Below, in pieces: positions 15,427-24,890 of a stretch of DNA of 64,000 nt (its first letter is position 1; every line of letters begins with the position of its first letter). The DNA is taken from contig NZ_JAVKDX010000010.1 of assembly GCF_040223195.1 (NCBI RefSeq), forward strand, positions 73,982 through 137,981. Direction: 5' to 3'. The translations under genes were made by a program, and so were the position numbers. The notes beneath the pieces were generated by a model. The model saw only the letters and a list, made by a program, of their open reading frames with translations. It made no database searches and was not told the DNA's origin. The DNA comes from Ekhidna sp. Its GTDB lineage: Bacteria > Bacteroidota > Bacteroidia > Cytophagales > Cyclobacteriaceae.

Positions 15427-17549
15427 CAGTATTAGCAACAATTCTTTTTGCACTTTCAATCGATCTAAAATCCCAGGAACTTCAATGTTATACTCCTGAG
15501 CTTACATTGGCTCAGAAGCAATTGCTGGAAAATTTTCAAAATCAGAGAAGCACATCAGTCAATCTTTTATCTGATCCGGCCACAGTTGCTATTACAGCTC
15601 ACATTATCAGACGTGATGATGGCGGTGGAGGCCTCACGGATCAGCAGCTATTTGATGCAATAGATAATGTAAACGATTACTATGCAAACGCAGGGATGTC
15701 ATTTTTCATCTATGAAATTAACTACATCAACAGCACTCAATTTTTTGATTTCGTCACTTCTGATGAGGATGCACTTAACGAGCCAAATGATATTGAAAAC
15801 ACCATCAATATCTATTTTGCCAATAGCGTTGGAGATGGGGAGGGGGGATTCTATTGTGGTTACGCATATTTCCCAGGTTGGAAAGACATCATTCTGATGG
15901 ACAACTCATGTGCAATAAATGGAAGCACCTTACCTCATGAGATTGGTCACTACTTCACTCTTTACCACACTCATGGAACTACAAATACCGGCACAACCGA
16001 CGAGATTGTTATAAGACCAGGGGAGGAATCAACAGCATGTGAGGTAGATTGTCTGCCAGCAAACTGTGATACCGCAGGTGATCAGCTTTGTGATACAGAG
16101 GCAGACCCTAATTTATCAGGCGTAGTGTCAGGCTCATGCGATTACACCGGGACCGCCGTGGATGGGAATGGCGATATTTTTTCACCTAATACCCACAACA
16201 TAATGTCTTATTCTGTTAAGAATTGTCGTGATTTTTTCAGTCAGGGTCAATATGATCGGATAGCCTCAGGATATGTAAACCACCGATCCTATCTGTTGGG
16301 CTATGCTATCAAGTTTGAGGTTGAAAACCAGCAAGTGTGTGTGAACGATATGGTTGAGTTTTCAAATACTTCTGAAGAAATGACCGGATTTAGCTGGACA
16401 TTTGAAGGCGGGTCTCCCTCGTCTTCTAGTGATGAAAGCCCAATGGTTAGCTATGCCGAGCCGGGCACCTATGATGTAACCCTCACAGCCATGACTCCAG
16501 GAGGAGACGAAGAAGAGCTTTATCTGGAAAATTATATAACCGTATATCCGGGCGGTGAAGCGGAAGGTATAATGGCTATTTCTGATTTTGAGGAGTTCGA
16601 TGAAGCCAATACAATAGATGCACAACTGACAAATGATGATGGGTTTTCATTTATTATTTCAACCGAGGCATCAAGAAGTGCGACCCAGTCTTTGCATATG
16701 GATCATTACAATTATGAAGGGGCTGATGAAATCGACTACTTCAATTTGCCATTAGTAAAGACAGATCAGCACAAGGTGTTCGAATTGACTTTTGAATATG
16801 CCTATACTTATTATTCTGATATAGAGGAAGGTGACTACACCGATACGCTGGACATAGTCTTTTCTGATGCATGCAACATTGATTGGGAATCTGCATGGAG
16901 AAAAGGTGGGGAAGAGCTTAGTACAGCTGATCCATTGACTGACCGTTTTGTTCCGGAAGCTGGTGATTGGATGAGTGAAACTGTACTAATTGAATTTGAC
17001 CAATCCATGGAAGGTTATGGGCGAGTGGCATTTCGAACCAAGAATGGATATGGGAATAGTCTATTTGTTGACGACTACAGGCTTGAGCCTGCTGTATGTG
17101 AAGAGGTATATGAGATTGTACAAGATGGTGATCAACTTATGGTTGATGTATCTGAAGAATTAGATTTACAATGGTACTTTGATGAGGAAGCTCTTGAAGG
17201 AGAAACAGGTTCATCAATAACGGCTACTGATATCGGGGCATATACCGTTGATGTCAGCAATAGCTCCTGTACCAATACCACTGAACCATTTATAATCCTT
17301 GGTGTAGATCAGATCGAGGCTAGTCTAAAAATATATCCCAATCCCGCTCAGGATTATTTGAACCTATCACTCACCGGAGAGCCTAAAAATGATATTCAGC
17401 AGGTTTCAATTCGAGATATTTCCGGGAAGGAGATTTTAAATCAATCGTTTGCTGAAAGGGTAGACGTGCGATCGTTAAATTCAGGTCTCTACATTGTAGA
17501 GTTTCATATGAATGGACAAAAGATCAGTCGTCGCTTCCTGAAACAATAA
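15411..17549 (+). CDS. Secreted zinc metalloprotease (pappalysin/M43-like HExxH) with a PKD-like repeat and a T9SS CTD
   Basis: The zinc motif is HEIGHYFTLYHTH. A PKD-like stretch FSNTSEEMTGFSWTFEGGSP...GTYDVTLTA follows. The C-terminal tail is KIYPNPAQDYLNLSL...GLYIVEF. Confidence 0.8.
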   Translation: MATRITVLATILFALSIDLKSQELQCYTPELTLAQKQLLENFQNQRSTSVNLLSDPATVAITAHIIRRDDGGGGLTDQQLFDAIDNVNDYYANAGMSFFIYEINYINSTQFFDFVTSDEDALNEPNDIENTINIYFANSVGDGEGGFYCGYAYFPGWKDIILMDNSCAINGSTLPHEIGHYFTLYHTHGTTNTGTTDEIVIRPGEESTACEVDCLPANCDTAGDQLCDTEADPNLSGVVSGSCDYTGTAVDGNGDIFSPNTHNIMSYSVKNCRDFFSQGQYDRIASGYVNHRSYLLGYAIKFEVENQQVCVNDMVEFSNTSEEMTGFSWTFEGGSPSSSSDESPMVSYAEPGTYDVTLTAMTPGGDEEELYLENYITVYPGGEAEGIMAISDFEEFDEANTIDAQLTNDDGFSFIISTEASRSATQSLHMDHYNYEGADEIDYFNLPLVKTDQHKVFELTFEYAYTYYSDIEEGDYTDTLDIVFSDACNIDWESAWRKGGEELSTADPLTDRFVPEAGDWMSETVLIEFDQSMEGYGRVAFRTKNGYGNSLFVDDYRLEPAVCEEVYEIVQDGDQLMVDVSEELDLQWYFDEEALEGETGSSITATDIGAYTVDVSNSSCTNTTEPFIILGVDQIEASLKIYPNPAQDYLNLSLTGEPKNDIQQVSIRDISGKEILNQSFAERVDVRSLNSGLYIVEFHMNGQKISRRFLKQ

Positions 17550-17568
17550 AGAGCAGGTAAATTCGAGT

Positions 17569-18543
17569 GTGATTTCATTCGTCTTCTATCTGGCCTTCCT
17601 TCTGATCTTCGTAGTTTTCGCTGTGTATGCTGAGCGGAAAACAGCGGCATTTATCCAGAATCGACTGGGTCCTATGGAAGTAGGGCCCAAAGGAATCCTT
17701 CAAACAGTAGCAGATCTGCTAAAGATGCTCCAGAAAGAAGATATTCGAGCTAATGCAGTTGATATAGTCCCATTTTTGATTGCCCCCTTCATTGTCTTTG
17801 CAGCTGTTTTTTGTGGATATTCTGTACTTCCAATAAGCAGTGAATGGACAGGATCAGCAATTTCCAGCGGAGTATTTTTTTTGCTTGCTATTGTCTCATT
17901 AGACGTGCTCGGGATTTTGATGGCTGGCTGGGCCTCCAACAATAAATACAGCCTTTATGGTGCGATGAGATCTGTTGCACAAATTGTCTCCTATGAGGTA
18001 CCACTGGGGTTAAGTGTGCTTTGTGTCATCATCATGAATGGCACCCTAAATCTGAACCAGATGAGTGCGCTTCAGGATGGTGGGATGCTGGCCTGGAACA
18101 TTATCAGGTTCCCGATCCTGATTATCCCGTTCATTATTTTTTTTATAGCAGGCCTGGCGGAATCCAATCGGGCACCCTTCGATTTACCAGAGTCTGAGTC
18201 AGAACTTATTAGTGGATATCACACCGAATATTCCGGCTTTCGCTGGGGTATGTTTATGCTCTCAGAGTACGGAATGATGCTACTGATTTCCATTCTTGGC
18301 GCCATACTTTTCTTCGGTGGATGGAGTTCACCGATTGCCGATATGGTCAGTGGACCTATTTGGGGAGCTTTTTGGTTACTGTCCAAGGCGTTAATATTGG
18401 TATTCATTCAAATGTGGGTGCGCTGGACTTTCCCACGACTGAGAGTAGACCAGTTGATGAGCCTTTCGTGGAAGTACCTAACACCAGCTTCCATTTTAAT
18501 GTTGTTTGTGTGTTCCTTGTGGAAACTTTGGATAATGAGCTAG
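17569..18543 (+). CDS. nuoH: NADH-quinone oxidoreductase subunit H
   Basis: The ORF has a GTG start and is multi-TM. It carries YAERKTAAFIQNRLGP and AESNRAPFDLPESESELISGYHTEYSG. Confidence 0.9.
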   Translation: MISFVFYLAFLLIFVVFAVYAERKTAAFIQNRLGPMEVGPKGILQTVADLLKMLQKEDIRANAVDIVPFLIAPFIVFAAVFCGYSVLPISSEWTGSAISSGVFFLLAIVSLDVLGILMAGWASNNKYSLYGAMRSVAQIVSYEVPLGLSVLCVIIMNGTLNLNQMSALQDGGMLAWNIIRFPILIIPFIIFFIAGLAESNRAPFDLPESESELISGYHTEYSGFRWGMFMLSEYGMMLLISILGAILFFGGWSSPIADMVSGPIWGAFWLLSKALILVFIQMWVRWTFPRLRVDQLMSLSWKYLTPASILMLFVCSLWKLWIMS

Positions 18544-18547
18544 GTAC

Positions 18548-19198
18548 ATGAGCTACTTTGGAAATATAGCGATTGGAGCAAAGACAACCTGGAAAGGATT
18601 GATGCTTTCTATCCGTTACTTTTTTCAGGCCAGGTTTGGTAGGAAAAAGGAATGGGTGGGGGAGGACAACTATTTTGAAAAAGCTCGTGGCACTTTCACG
18701 GTGCAGTATCCCAAGGAGCAAATCCCAATTCCTGATCATGGCCGGTACCAGCTTCACAATGAAATCGACGATTGCATCGTGTGCGACAAGTGCGCCAAGA
18801 TCTGCCCGGTGGATTGCATTGACATTGAGCCAATTCGGTCGCCGGAGGTTTTCGGGCAGACATCCGATGGCACGCCTCTTCGCATTCATGCAGCCAAATT
18901 CGATATCGACATGTCGAAGTGCTGCTTTTGCGGGCTATGCACGGTGGTATGCCCAACCGAGTGCCTCACCATGACCAAGGAATTTGATTTTAGCACTACA
19001 GATATCCTTGATCATAATTTCTCATTCAGCAAGATGACCGATCAGGAAATTGCGGAGAAAAAGAAGGAATTTGAAGACTATCAAGCAGACAAGTTGAAAG
19101 CTAAGCCGGAACTGCCGCCTGTGACAAGCGAAGCAGATGTGATGAAACGACCAACTGCTAAACCTGTTTTTAAACCACGAATCCCGAAAAAGAAATGA
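18548..19198 (+). CDS. nuoI: NADH-quinone oxidoreductase subunit I
   Basis: Two 4Fe-4S motifs are present, CIVCDKCAKICP and CCFCGLCTVVCP. A Lys/Pro-rich C-terminal extension follows. Confidence 0.9.
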   Translation: MSYFGNIAIGAKTTWKGLMLSIRYFFQARFGRKKEWVGEDNYFEKARGTFTVQYPKEQIPIPDHGRYQLHNEIDDCIVCDKCAKICPVDCIDIEPIRSPEVFGQTSDGTPLRIHAAKFDIDMSKCCFCGLCTVVCPTECLTMTKEFDFSTTDILDHNFSFSKMTDQEIAEKKKEFEDYQADKLKAKPELPPVTSEADVMKRPTAKPVFKPRIPKKK

Positions 19199-19686
19199 TC
19201 ATCGCTATCCAGGTTTTTTTGGTATTGATGGTGCTTATGGGAGTATCAATTATCGTGCTGAGCAGAAACATTATACATGCCGCCTATGCACTTTGTCTGA
19301 CTCTGATAGGCATTGCCGGTATTTATGTGGTCTTGATGTCTGAGCTGCTGGCGGTTGTTCAGATCATGCTGTATGCTGGAGGAGTGGTTATTTTGTTGGC
19401 CTTTGGGGTGATGATGACCAACCGGCTGAGAGGAGAAAAAGTACTATCAGGATCAAATAACAAGGTATTTGGAGGAATACTTTCGTTGAGCCTTTTTTCA
19501 GGATTGGTTTATGCCATATCAAAAACCACATTTAATATTACAACAGCCGGGGAAACAGATCAGATTAGGCAAATCGGAGTTTCCTTTTTAACCGAGCACA
19601 TTGTTGCTTTTGAACTCATTGCATTTATCCTGTTGATTGCGCTGGTAGGAGCGGCATACCTTGCCAAAATGGCTGCTGATGAATGA
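19195..19686 (+). CDS. nuoJ: NADH-quinone oxidoreductase subunit J
   Basis: It is a 163-aa multi-TM protein in the expected position between nuoI and nuoK, with a 4-nt overlap on nuoI. Confidence 0.85.
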   Translation: MIIAIQVFLVLMVLMGVSIIVLSRNIIHAAYALCLTLIGIAGIYVVLMSELLAVVQIMLYAGGVVILLAFGVMMTNRLRGEKVLSGSNNKVFGGILSLSLFSGLVYAISKTTFNITTAGETDQIRQIGVSFLTEHIVAFELIAFILLIALVGAAYLAKMAADE

Positions 19687-19990
19687 AACGATGCTAACAT
19701 ATTATCTCTACTTAGCCGCCTTCCTCTTTTCATCGGGAACCTACGTGGTGCTCACCAAGCGAAGTGCCATTTTCGTGTTGATTGGTGTGGAGTTGATGCT
19801 CAATGGAGCCAATGTAGTGCTGGCTGCTTTCTCACAGTTTGATGCTGGATTGAAAGGACAGATTTTTGCCATTTTTGCTGTAGTACTCACGGTTTGTGAG
19901 GTTTCCATTGCCCTGGCCATTCTTTTAAATATTTACAGGAAAACCAAAGCATCCAATCTGGATGAGCTGACGGAGGTAGGAAACCCATGA
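19679..19990 (+). CDS. nuoK: NADH-quinone oxidoreductase subunit K
   Basis: It is a 3-TM protein of about 100 aa. The start is ambiguous among 19661, 19679 and 19691, and I chose 19679 (MNETMLTYY). Confidence 0.8.
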   Translation: MNETMLTYYLYLAAFLFSSGTYVVLTKRSAIFVLIGVELMLNGANVVLAAFSQFDAGLKGQIFAIFAVVLTVCEVSIALAILLNIYRKTKASNLDELTEVGNP

Positions 19991-21876
19991 GCCCAATCAT
20001 CAGTATCATATTGGTTTTGCTTGCGCCGCTGATCGGAGGGGTACTGACGTTTATTTTAAAGAAAAGTGCAGTTTCAATAGCCAGCCTCTCTATTGCTTTC
20101 CTTACATCCATGTTGCTCGTATTTTCATCGGAGTTAGTGATAGCTTTTGAGTGGCTTCCGGGATATGAACTAAGCCTTCGGATTGACGCGGTGGCAAGTA
20201 TACTGATCGCACTCGTTTCATTCATTTCGCTATTGGTGCATGTTTTCTCGCTAGAGTATATGAAGGAAGAGCAAGGGAAGCACCGATACTTTGCCAAGCT
20301 CGGTTTATTCACCTTTTCCATGATTGGTCTTTTGACGGCTGACCATCTGATTTTGCTGTTCGTTTTCTGGGAATTGGTGGGATTGTCCTCGTACCTGCTC
20401 ATTGGCTTTTGGTATGGAAAAGATGGAGTTCCTGCTTCTGCGCGACTGGCCTTCATGGTAAACCGGGTGGCCGATGTGGCGCTCTTGGCTGGTATATTGA
20501 TCCTTGATTTTACTGGCGAATTATCAATTTCAGCATTTGACAAGCAGTGGCTTTTTCTTCCGTCCATCCTGATAGCGATTGGAGCATTTGGGAAGTCTGC
20601 TCAGTTACCATTTTCCGGCTGGCTCACCAAAGCCATGGTGGGACCTACTCCGGTTTCCGCATTGATCCATGCTGCCACCATGGTAACAGCAGGTGTGTAT
20701 CTTCTTTTCAGGGTGGCCCCTTTTCTGCATCCGGCAGCTCTGATGGTGATTGCATTGGTTGGGATCCTGACTGCCTTTTATGGTGCCTTGTGTGCCCTTT
20801 TCCAACATGACATTAAAAAAGTATTGGCCTACTCTACCATCTCCCAACTAGGTTACATGGTTATGGGGGTTGGGGTAGGTGGTGCCGATGCGTCCCTTTT
20901 CCACCTATTTACCCATGCCTTCTTCAAGGCCGGGATGTTCCTGGGAGCTGGGGCCATCATTCATTACTTGCATCAGGTGAGTGACAAGGATCCTCAGGAC
21001 ATGCGTAATATGGGTGGGCTGAGAAATCTGATGCCGTGGACATACAGGACATTTATGATGTGCGGATTGGCACTGGCAGGTATCCCGTTTTTTAGTGGAT
21101 TCATGTCAAAGGAAGGAATTCTGATTGCGGGATGGGCCTGGGCAGAGCAGCATGGCACCTGGGCATATCTTGTTCCTGATTTAGGCTTAATTACCGCCTT
21201 CTTGACGGCACTCTATGTGGGCAGAATGATGCTATTGGTATTCTGGGGTGAACCACGAATTGCTGGATTCAAAACAAAATTTACAGAGGGGTTCGGTTTC
21301 CGAATTCCATTGACAATCCTCGCACTGGGTGCTTTGTGGGTCTTCTACAGTTGGAGCCCATTTTCACATTACAGCTGGCTAAATGCTTTACTTCCTCAGG
21401 GGATTGAGCCGGTTTCGGACTCAGCGTCAATGATCATTATGTTCCTTTCAATTTTGCTGGCATTGGCAGGGATGGTTTTGGCGTACTCCTTTTTCAAGCC
21501 GGGTTCATCCTATTCATCGAGCTACGGTAAATATGAAGTTGAAAGATTCAGGCTGGCATTGAATGGATTTCTGCTAGTACGCTCGTATGAGAAAATTGGA
21601 AGTGGAATAGAGCAGTTATCTCAGTCTACTTTCAAGGTGGATCAGCGAGTGATTGATGGTACAATCCACCTTCTTGGTGTGTGGACGGTGGTTTTATCGA
21701 AGATCATTTCACTCATTGATCGTTTTATTGTCGATGGGCCTATTGACCTTTTTGGGCAGATCTCCTCATTCATTGGAAGTAGATTAGCGTCGCTAAGTTC
21801 ACGTGACTCACAGACGCAACTAGCGTGGTTGGTGTTGGGAGTTATTTTGATTTTAACCTGGATACTATTTCTTTAG
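19987..21876 (+). CDS. nuoL: NADH-quinone oxidoreductase subunit L
   Basis: It is a 629-aa antiporter-like protein carrying WELVGLSSYLLIGFW. Confidence 0.9.
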   Translation: MSPIISIILVLLAPLIGGVLTFILKKSAVSIASLSIAFLTSMLLVFSSELVIAFEWLPGYELSLRIDAVASILIALVSFISLLVHVFSLEYMKEEQGKHRYFAKLGLFTFSMIGLLTADHLILLFVFWELVGLSSYLLIGFWYGKDGVPASARLAFMVNRVADVALLAGILILDFTGELSISAFDKQWLFLPSILIAIGAFGKSAQLPFSGWLTKAMVGPTPVSALIHAATMVTAGVYLLFRVAPFLHPAALMVIALVGILTAFYGALCALFQHDIKKVLAYSTISQLGYMVMGVGVGGADASLFHLFTHAFFKAGMFLGAGAIIHYLHQVSDKDPQDMRNMGGLRNLMPWTYRTFMMCGLALAGIPFFSGFMSKEGILIAGWAWAEQHGTWAYLVPDLGLITAFLTALYVGRMMLLVFWGEPRIAGFKTKFTEGFGFRIPLTILALGALWVFYSWSPFSHYSWLNALLPQGIEPVSDSASMIIMFLSILLALAGMVLAYSFFKPGSSYSSSYGKYEVERFRLALNGFLLVRSYEKIGSGIEQLSQSTFKVDQRVIDGTIHLLGVWTVVLSKIISLIDRFIVDGPIDLFGQISSFIGSRLASLSSRDSQTQLAWLVLGVILILTWILFL

Positions 21877-21882
21877 CGCAGC

Positions 21883-23466
21883 ATGCAAAACATCCTGACC
21901 TACATATTCCTTTTTCCATTGCTCGTATCGCTTGCGATGCTCTTCATTCCATCCGAGCGATGGAGGATATTCAGAAGACTGGGACTGGCTGCAGTGGGGG
22001 TGCAGTTTATGCTTTCCATCCTGCTGATGGTGAATTTCGACCAGAGCCTGAGCCCGGAGAGCTGGGCTGGTGCTTTTCAGTTTGTGGAGAAAATGGACTG
22101 GATCAACCTATCGATGGGATCCATTGGGTCTATCAGCATTCAGTATTTCCTGGGCGCGGATGGGATCAGCCTCCCACTTGTGGTTTTGTCCACATTTGTG
22201 TTGCTCATCGGGGTGATCTCTTCATGGAATGTCCAGGAAAAGGCAAAAGGGTATTTTATCCTATATCTCATACTCAGTTCCAGTATCATCGGGTGCTTCA
22301 TCGCACTTGATTTCTTCCTTTTCTACCTCTGCTTTGAGTTTATGCTTCTTCCGATGTTCTTCCTGATTGGGATTTGGGGAGGTACCAGAAGATCTTACGC
22401 TTCCATCAAGTTTTTCCTGTACACACTACTAGGTTCACTCTTTATTTTGGTGGTAATGATCGGCCTTTACCTGAGTGTCTTGGATGGAGAAGTGAATACG
22501 TTTAGCCTGGTGAACATGATGGATGGCAACTATGAGTCAGGTACCATCCTTGATCCAAATTCATCACAGCTGATACTAGGATATTCTGCTAGAGCACTAG
22601 CATTCCTATTTCTGATAATCGGTTTTGGAATCAAATTACCGGCGGTTCCGGTACATACCTGGCTGCCGGATGCGCACGTGGAAGCACCCACACCTATTTC
22701 GGTGGTATTAGCCGGATTGCTTTTGAAGGTAGGAGCTTACGGATTGCTTCGGATTGCTTATGGGATATTCCCGGATGTGGCGGTTGATTTTTCAGGATTT
22801 GTTGCTATCGTAGGGGTATTATCTATTCTTTATGGAGGAATGAATGCCCTGGCCCAGCGGGATCTGAAGCGTATGGTAGCTTATTCTTCCGTTTCTCATA
22901 TGGGGTTTGTACTGGTAGGGCTTGCTTCATTGACAGCCGTCGGCTTCTCCGGCTCACTCTTTCACATGGTCTCTCACGGTTTGATTTCCCCGGCTTTGTT
23001 TCTTATCGCCGGAGTTATTTATGATCGGACAGGAAACCGACAGATGGAGAACTTTAGTGGTTTGGCGTCAAAAATGCCCATGTACACCTTTTTCATGGCG
23101 GTCTTTTTCTTTGCCGGGCTGGGGCTGCCAGGTCTCTCGGGATTTGTGGGTGAGTTGATGGTGTTGATGGGGGCATTTGGAAGTTCGAAGCTTTCTGTGT
23201 GGATTGGAATTTTGGCAACCATAGGCATTGCAATTTCGGCAGCCTACTTCCTGTGGACGATCCAGCGCATGTTCTTTGGGAAATACTTTGTGCGGGAGTC
23301 GGTCTGGGAGCCGAATATGACTGACCTGACCATGCGTGAAAAACTGATGCTAATCCCTCTGGCCATATTGGTTTTACTCTTAGGTGTTTATCCACGTTTC
23401 ATGCTTGATTATTCTAACGAGACCATCGAATTTTTCATTCGGCAGATCACCAATCTTCAGCCATGA
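21883..23466 (+). CDS. nuoM: NADH-quinone oxidoreductase subunit M
   Basis: The motif TWLPDAHVEAPTPISVVLAGLLLKVGAYG is present. Confidence 0.9.
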   Translation: MQNILTYIFLFPLLVSLAMLFIPSERWRIFRRLGLAAVGVQFMLSILLMVNFDQSLSPESWAGAFQFVEKMDWINLSMGSIGSISIQYFLGADGISLPLVVLSTFVLLIGVISSWNVQEKAKGYFILYLILSSSIIGCFIALDFFLFYLCFEFMLLPMFFLIGIWGGTRRSYASIKFFLYTLLGSLFILVVMIGLYLSVLDGEVNTFSLVNMMDGNYESGTILDPNSSQLILGYSARALAFLFLIIGFGIKLPAVPVHTWLPDAHVEAPTPISVVLAGLLLKVGAYGLLRIAYGIFPDVAVDFSGFVAIVGVLSILYGGMNALAQRDLKRMVAYSSVSHMGFVLVGLASLTAVGFSGSLFHMVSHGLISPALFLIAGVIYDRTGNRQMENFSGLASKMPMYTFFMAVFFFAGLGLPGLSGFVGELMVLMGAFGSSKLSVWIGILATIGIAISAAYFLWTIQRMFFGKYFVRESVWEPNMTDLTMREKLMLIPLAILVLLLGVYPRFMLDYSNETIEFFIRQITNLQP

Positions 23467-24890
23467 ACCTGAGTGAGCAGCTAAATGAAATTCTCAATGA
23501 CCTGCAGCAGGTTTCTGCAGAAAGTACCCTCATGCTTGGGGCAATTCTGTTGCTGATTGTGGGATTGATTAGTTCAAGAGCATTTCTCTTAAAGACCATT
23601 TTTTCGGTCGCTATTATAGTAGCGCTCTATTTTAATGATCATTCAACATCTGGGGTGCTTATTCTGGGTAGCATTAGCGCATCTCCCATAAGTATTCATT
23701 TCAGCTCTTTGTTCCTAAGGGTTGCCCTTCTCATACTGATTTTCCGCAGAGGGAACGAGCATGCAGTAGAGTTTTATTTCTTCATTCTGGCCATGCTGGT
23801 TGGAAGCATATTTATGATGAAGGCTAACAGCCTGCTGATTGTTTACCTGGCCATCGAAACCGTTTCACTCGTATCTTACATCCTTACCAACTTTTCCTTT
23901 AAGAAAAGTGGCTTTGAAGCCGGAATCAAGTACTTACTGTTTGGAGCCATCAGTTCGGCAGTGATGCTGTTTGGTTTAGGGTTGATTTATGGATCAACGG
24001 GCACCTTTCTCCTCTCCGAATGGAATGAAACCACATTTCAACCGCTGATCGCTCAGGTGGGATTTGTGATGATGCTTTTCGGATTTTTCTTCAAAATTTC
24101 CATTGTGCCATCGCACATTTGGGTGCCTGCCACCTATCAGTCTGCACCGGCGGATGCAGTGGCTTTCATGTCTGTAGTGCCCAAGATTGCCGGATTGGTA
24201 TTACTTAAAAAAGTATTTGAGACTAGTGTGTTTCTTCCCGATCATTGGGTGTATGACCTGACACTGATTTTGGGAATTGCAACTATCATCATTGGTACAC
24301 TGGGTGCATTTCGACAAACCAATGCCCGCCGGGTGGTCAGCTTTGGAGCGATTGCTCATTCCGGTTTTTTGCTACCATTTGCCTTGATCAATACCGAATT
24401 GTCCGATCAGTCTTTCTGGTACTACTCAGTTATTTATGCGCTGATGAATTTAGTAATATTCTTCCTTCTCGATAGCTATGAAAGAAAGGGGATAAATGAG
24501 CTTTCGGATTATTCAAAAACAAAGCCAGAGTGGATTGGGGTAATGTTTTCCTTAATACTGGTTTCTTTGGTGGGTCTACCACCGCTGGCCGGATTCATGG
24601 CGAAATTCTTTCTCTTCAGCACTTTATGGGAGAACTATTATTTACTGGGAGATACACTTTATCTGTGGTACCTGATTGTTGCGGTGCTGGCTACTGTTGG
24701 TTCATTGTTTTTCTACCTCCAAATCCCCAAGCGGATTTTCCTCGATAGCGGTGAGAACAACCAGTCTGTCAATTTCAATTTCTCAACGAAAATTGTTGCA
24801 ACTCTTTTCACTATTGCGCTGTTATTGTTGTTCTTTGCACCTAAGCTGGTAACTGTAATGCAACAATTGGTTAACAACGTCCATGAGTGA
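23463..24890 (+). CDS. nuoN: NADH-quinone oxidoreductase subunit N
   Basis: It is a 475-aa antiporter-like membrane protein and the last gene of the cluster. Confidence 0.9.
   Translation: MNLSEQLNEILNDLQQVSAESTLMLGAILLLIVGLISSRAFLLKTIFSVAIIVALYFNDHSTSGVLILGSISASPISIHFSSLFLRVALLILIFRRGNEHAVEFYFFILAMLVGSIFMMKANSLLIVYLAIETVSLVSYILTNFSFKKSGFEAGIKYLLFGAISSAVMLFGLGLIYGSTGTFLLSEWNETTFQPLIAQVGFVMMLFGFFFKISIVPSHIWVPATYQSAPADAVAFMSVVPKIAGLVLLKKVFETSVFLPDHWVYDLTLILGIATIIIGTLGAFRQTNARRVVSFGAIAHSGFLLPFALINTELSDQSFWYYSVIYALMNLVIFFLLDSYERKGINELSDYSKTKPEWIGVMFSLILVSLVGLPPLAGFMAKFFLFSTLWENYYLLGDTLYLWYLIVAVLATVGSLFFYLQIPKRIFLDSGENNQSVNFNFSTKIVATLFTIALLLLFFAPKLVTVMQQLVNNVHE

Noticed and set aside
18404-20567. 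Long antisense ORFs lie inside the nuo genes (18404..18889 and 19887..20567, minus strand).
   Set aside because: They are opposite well-supported NuoH/I/K/L coding sequence and have no motifs.
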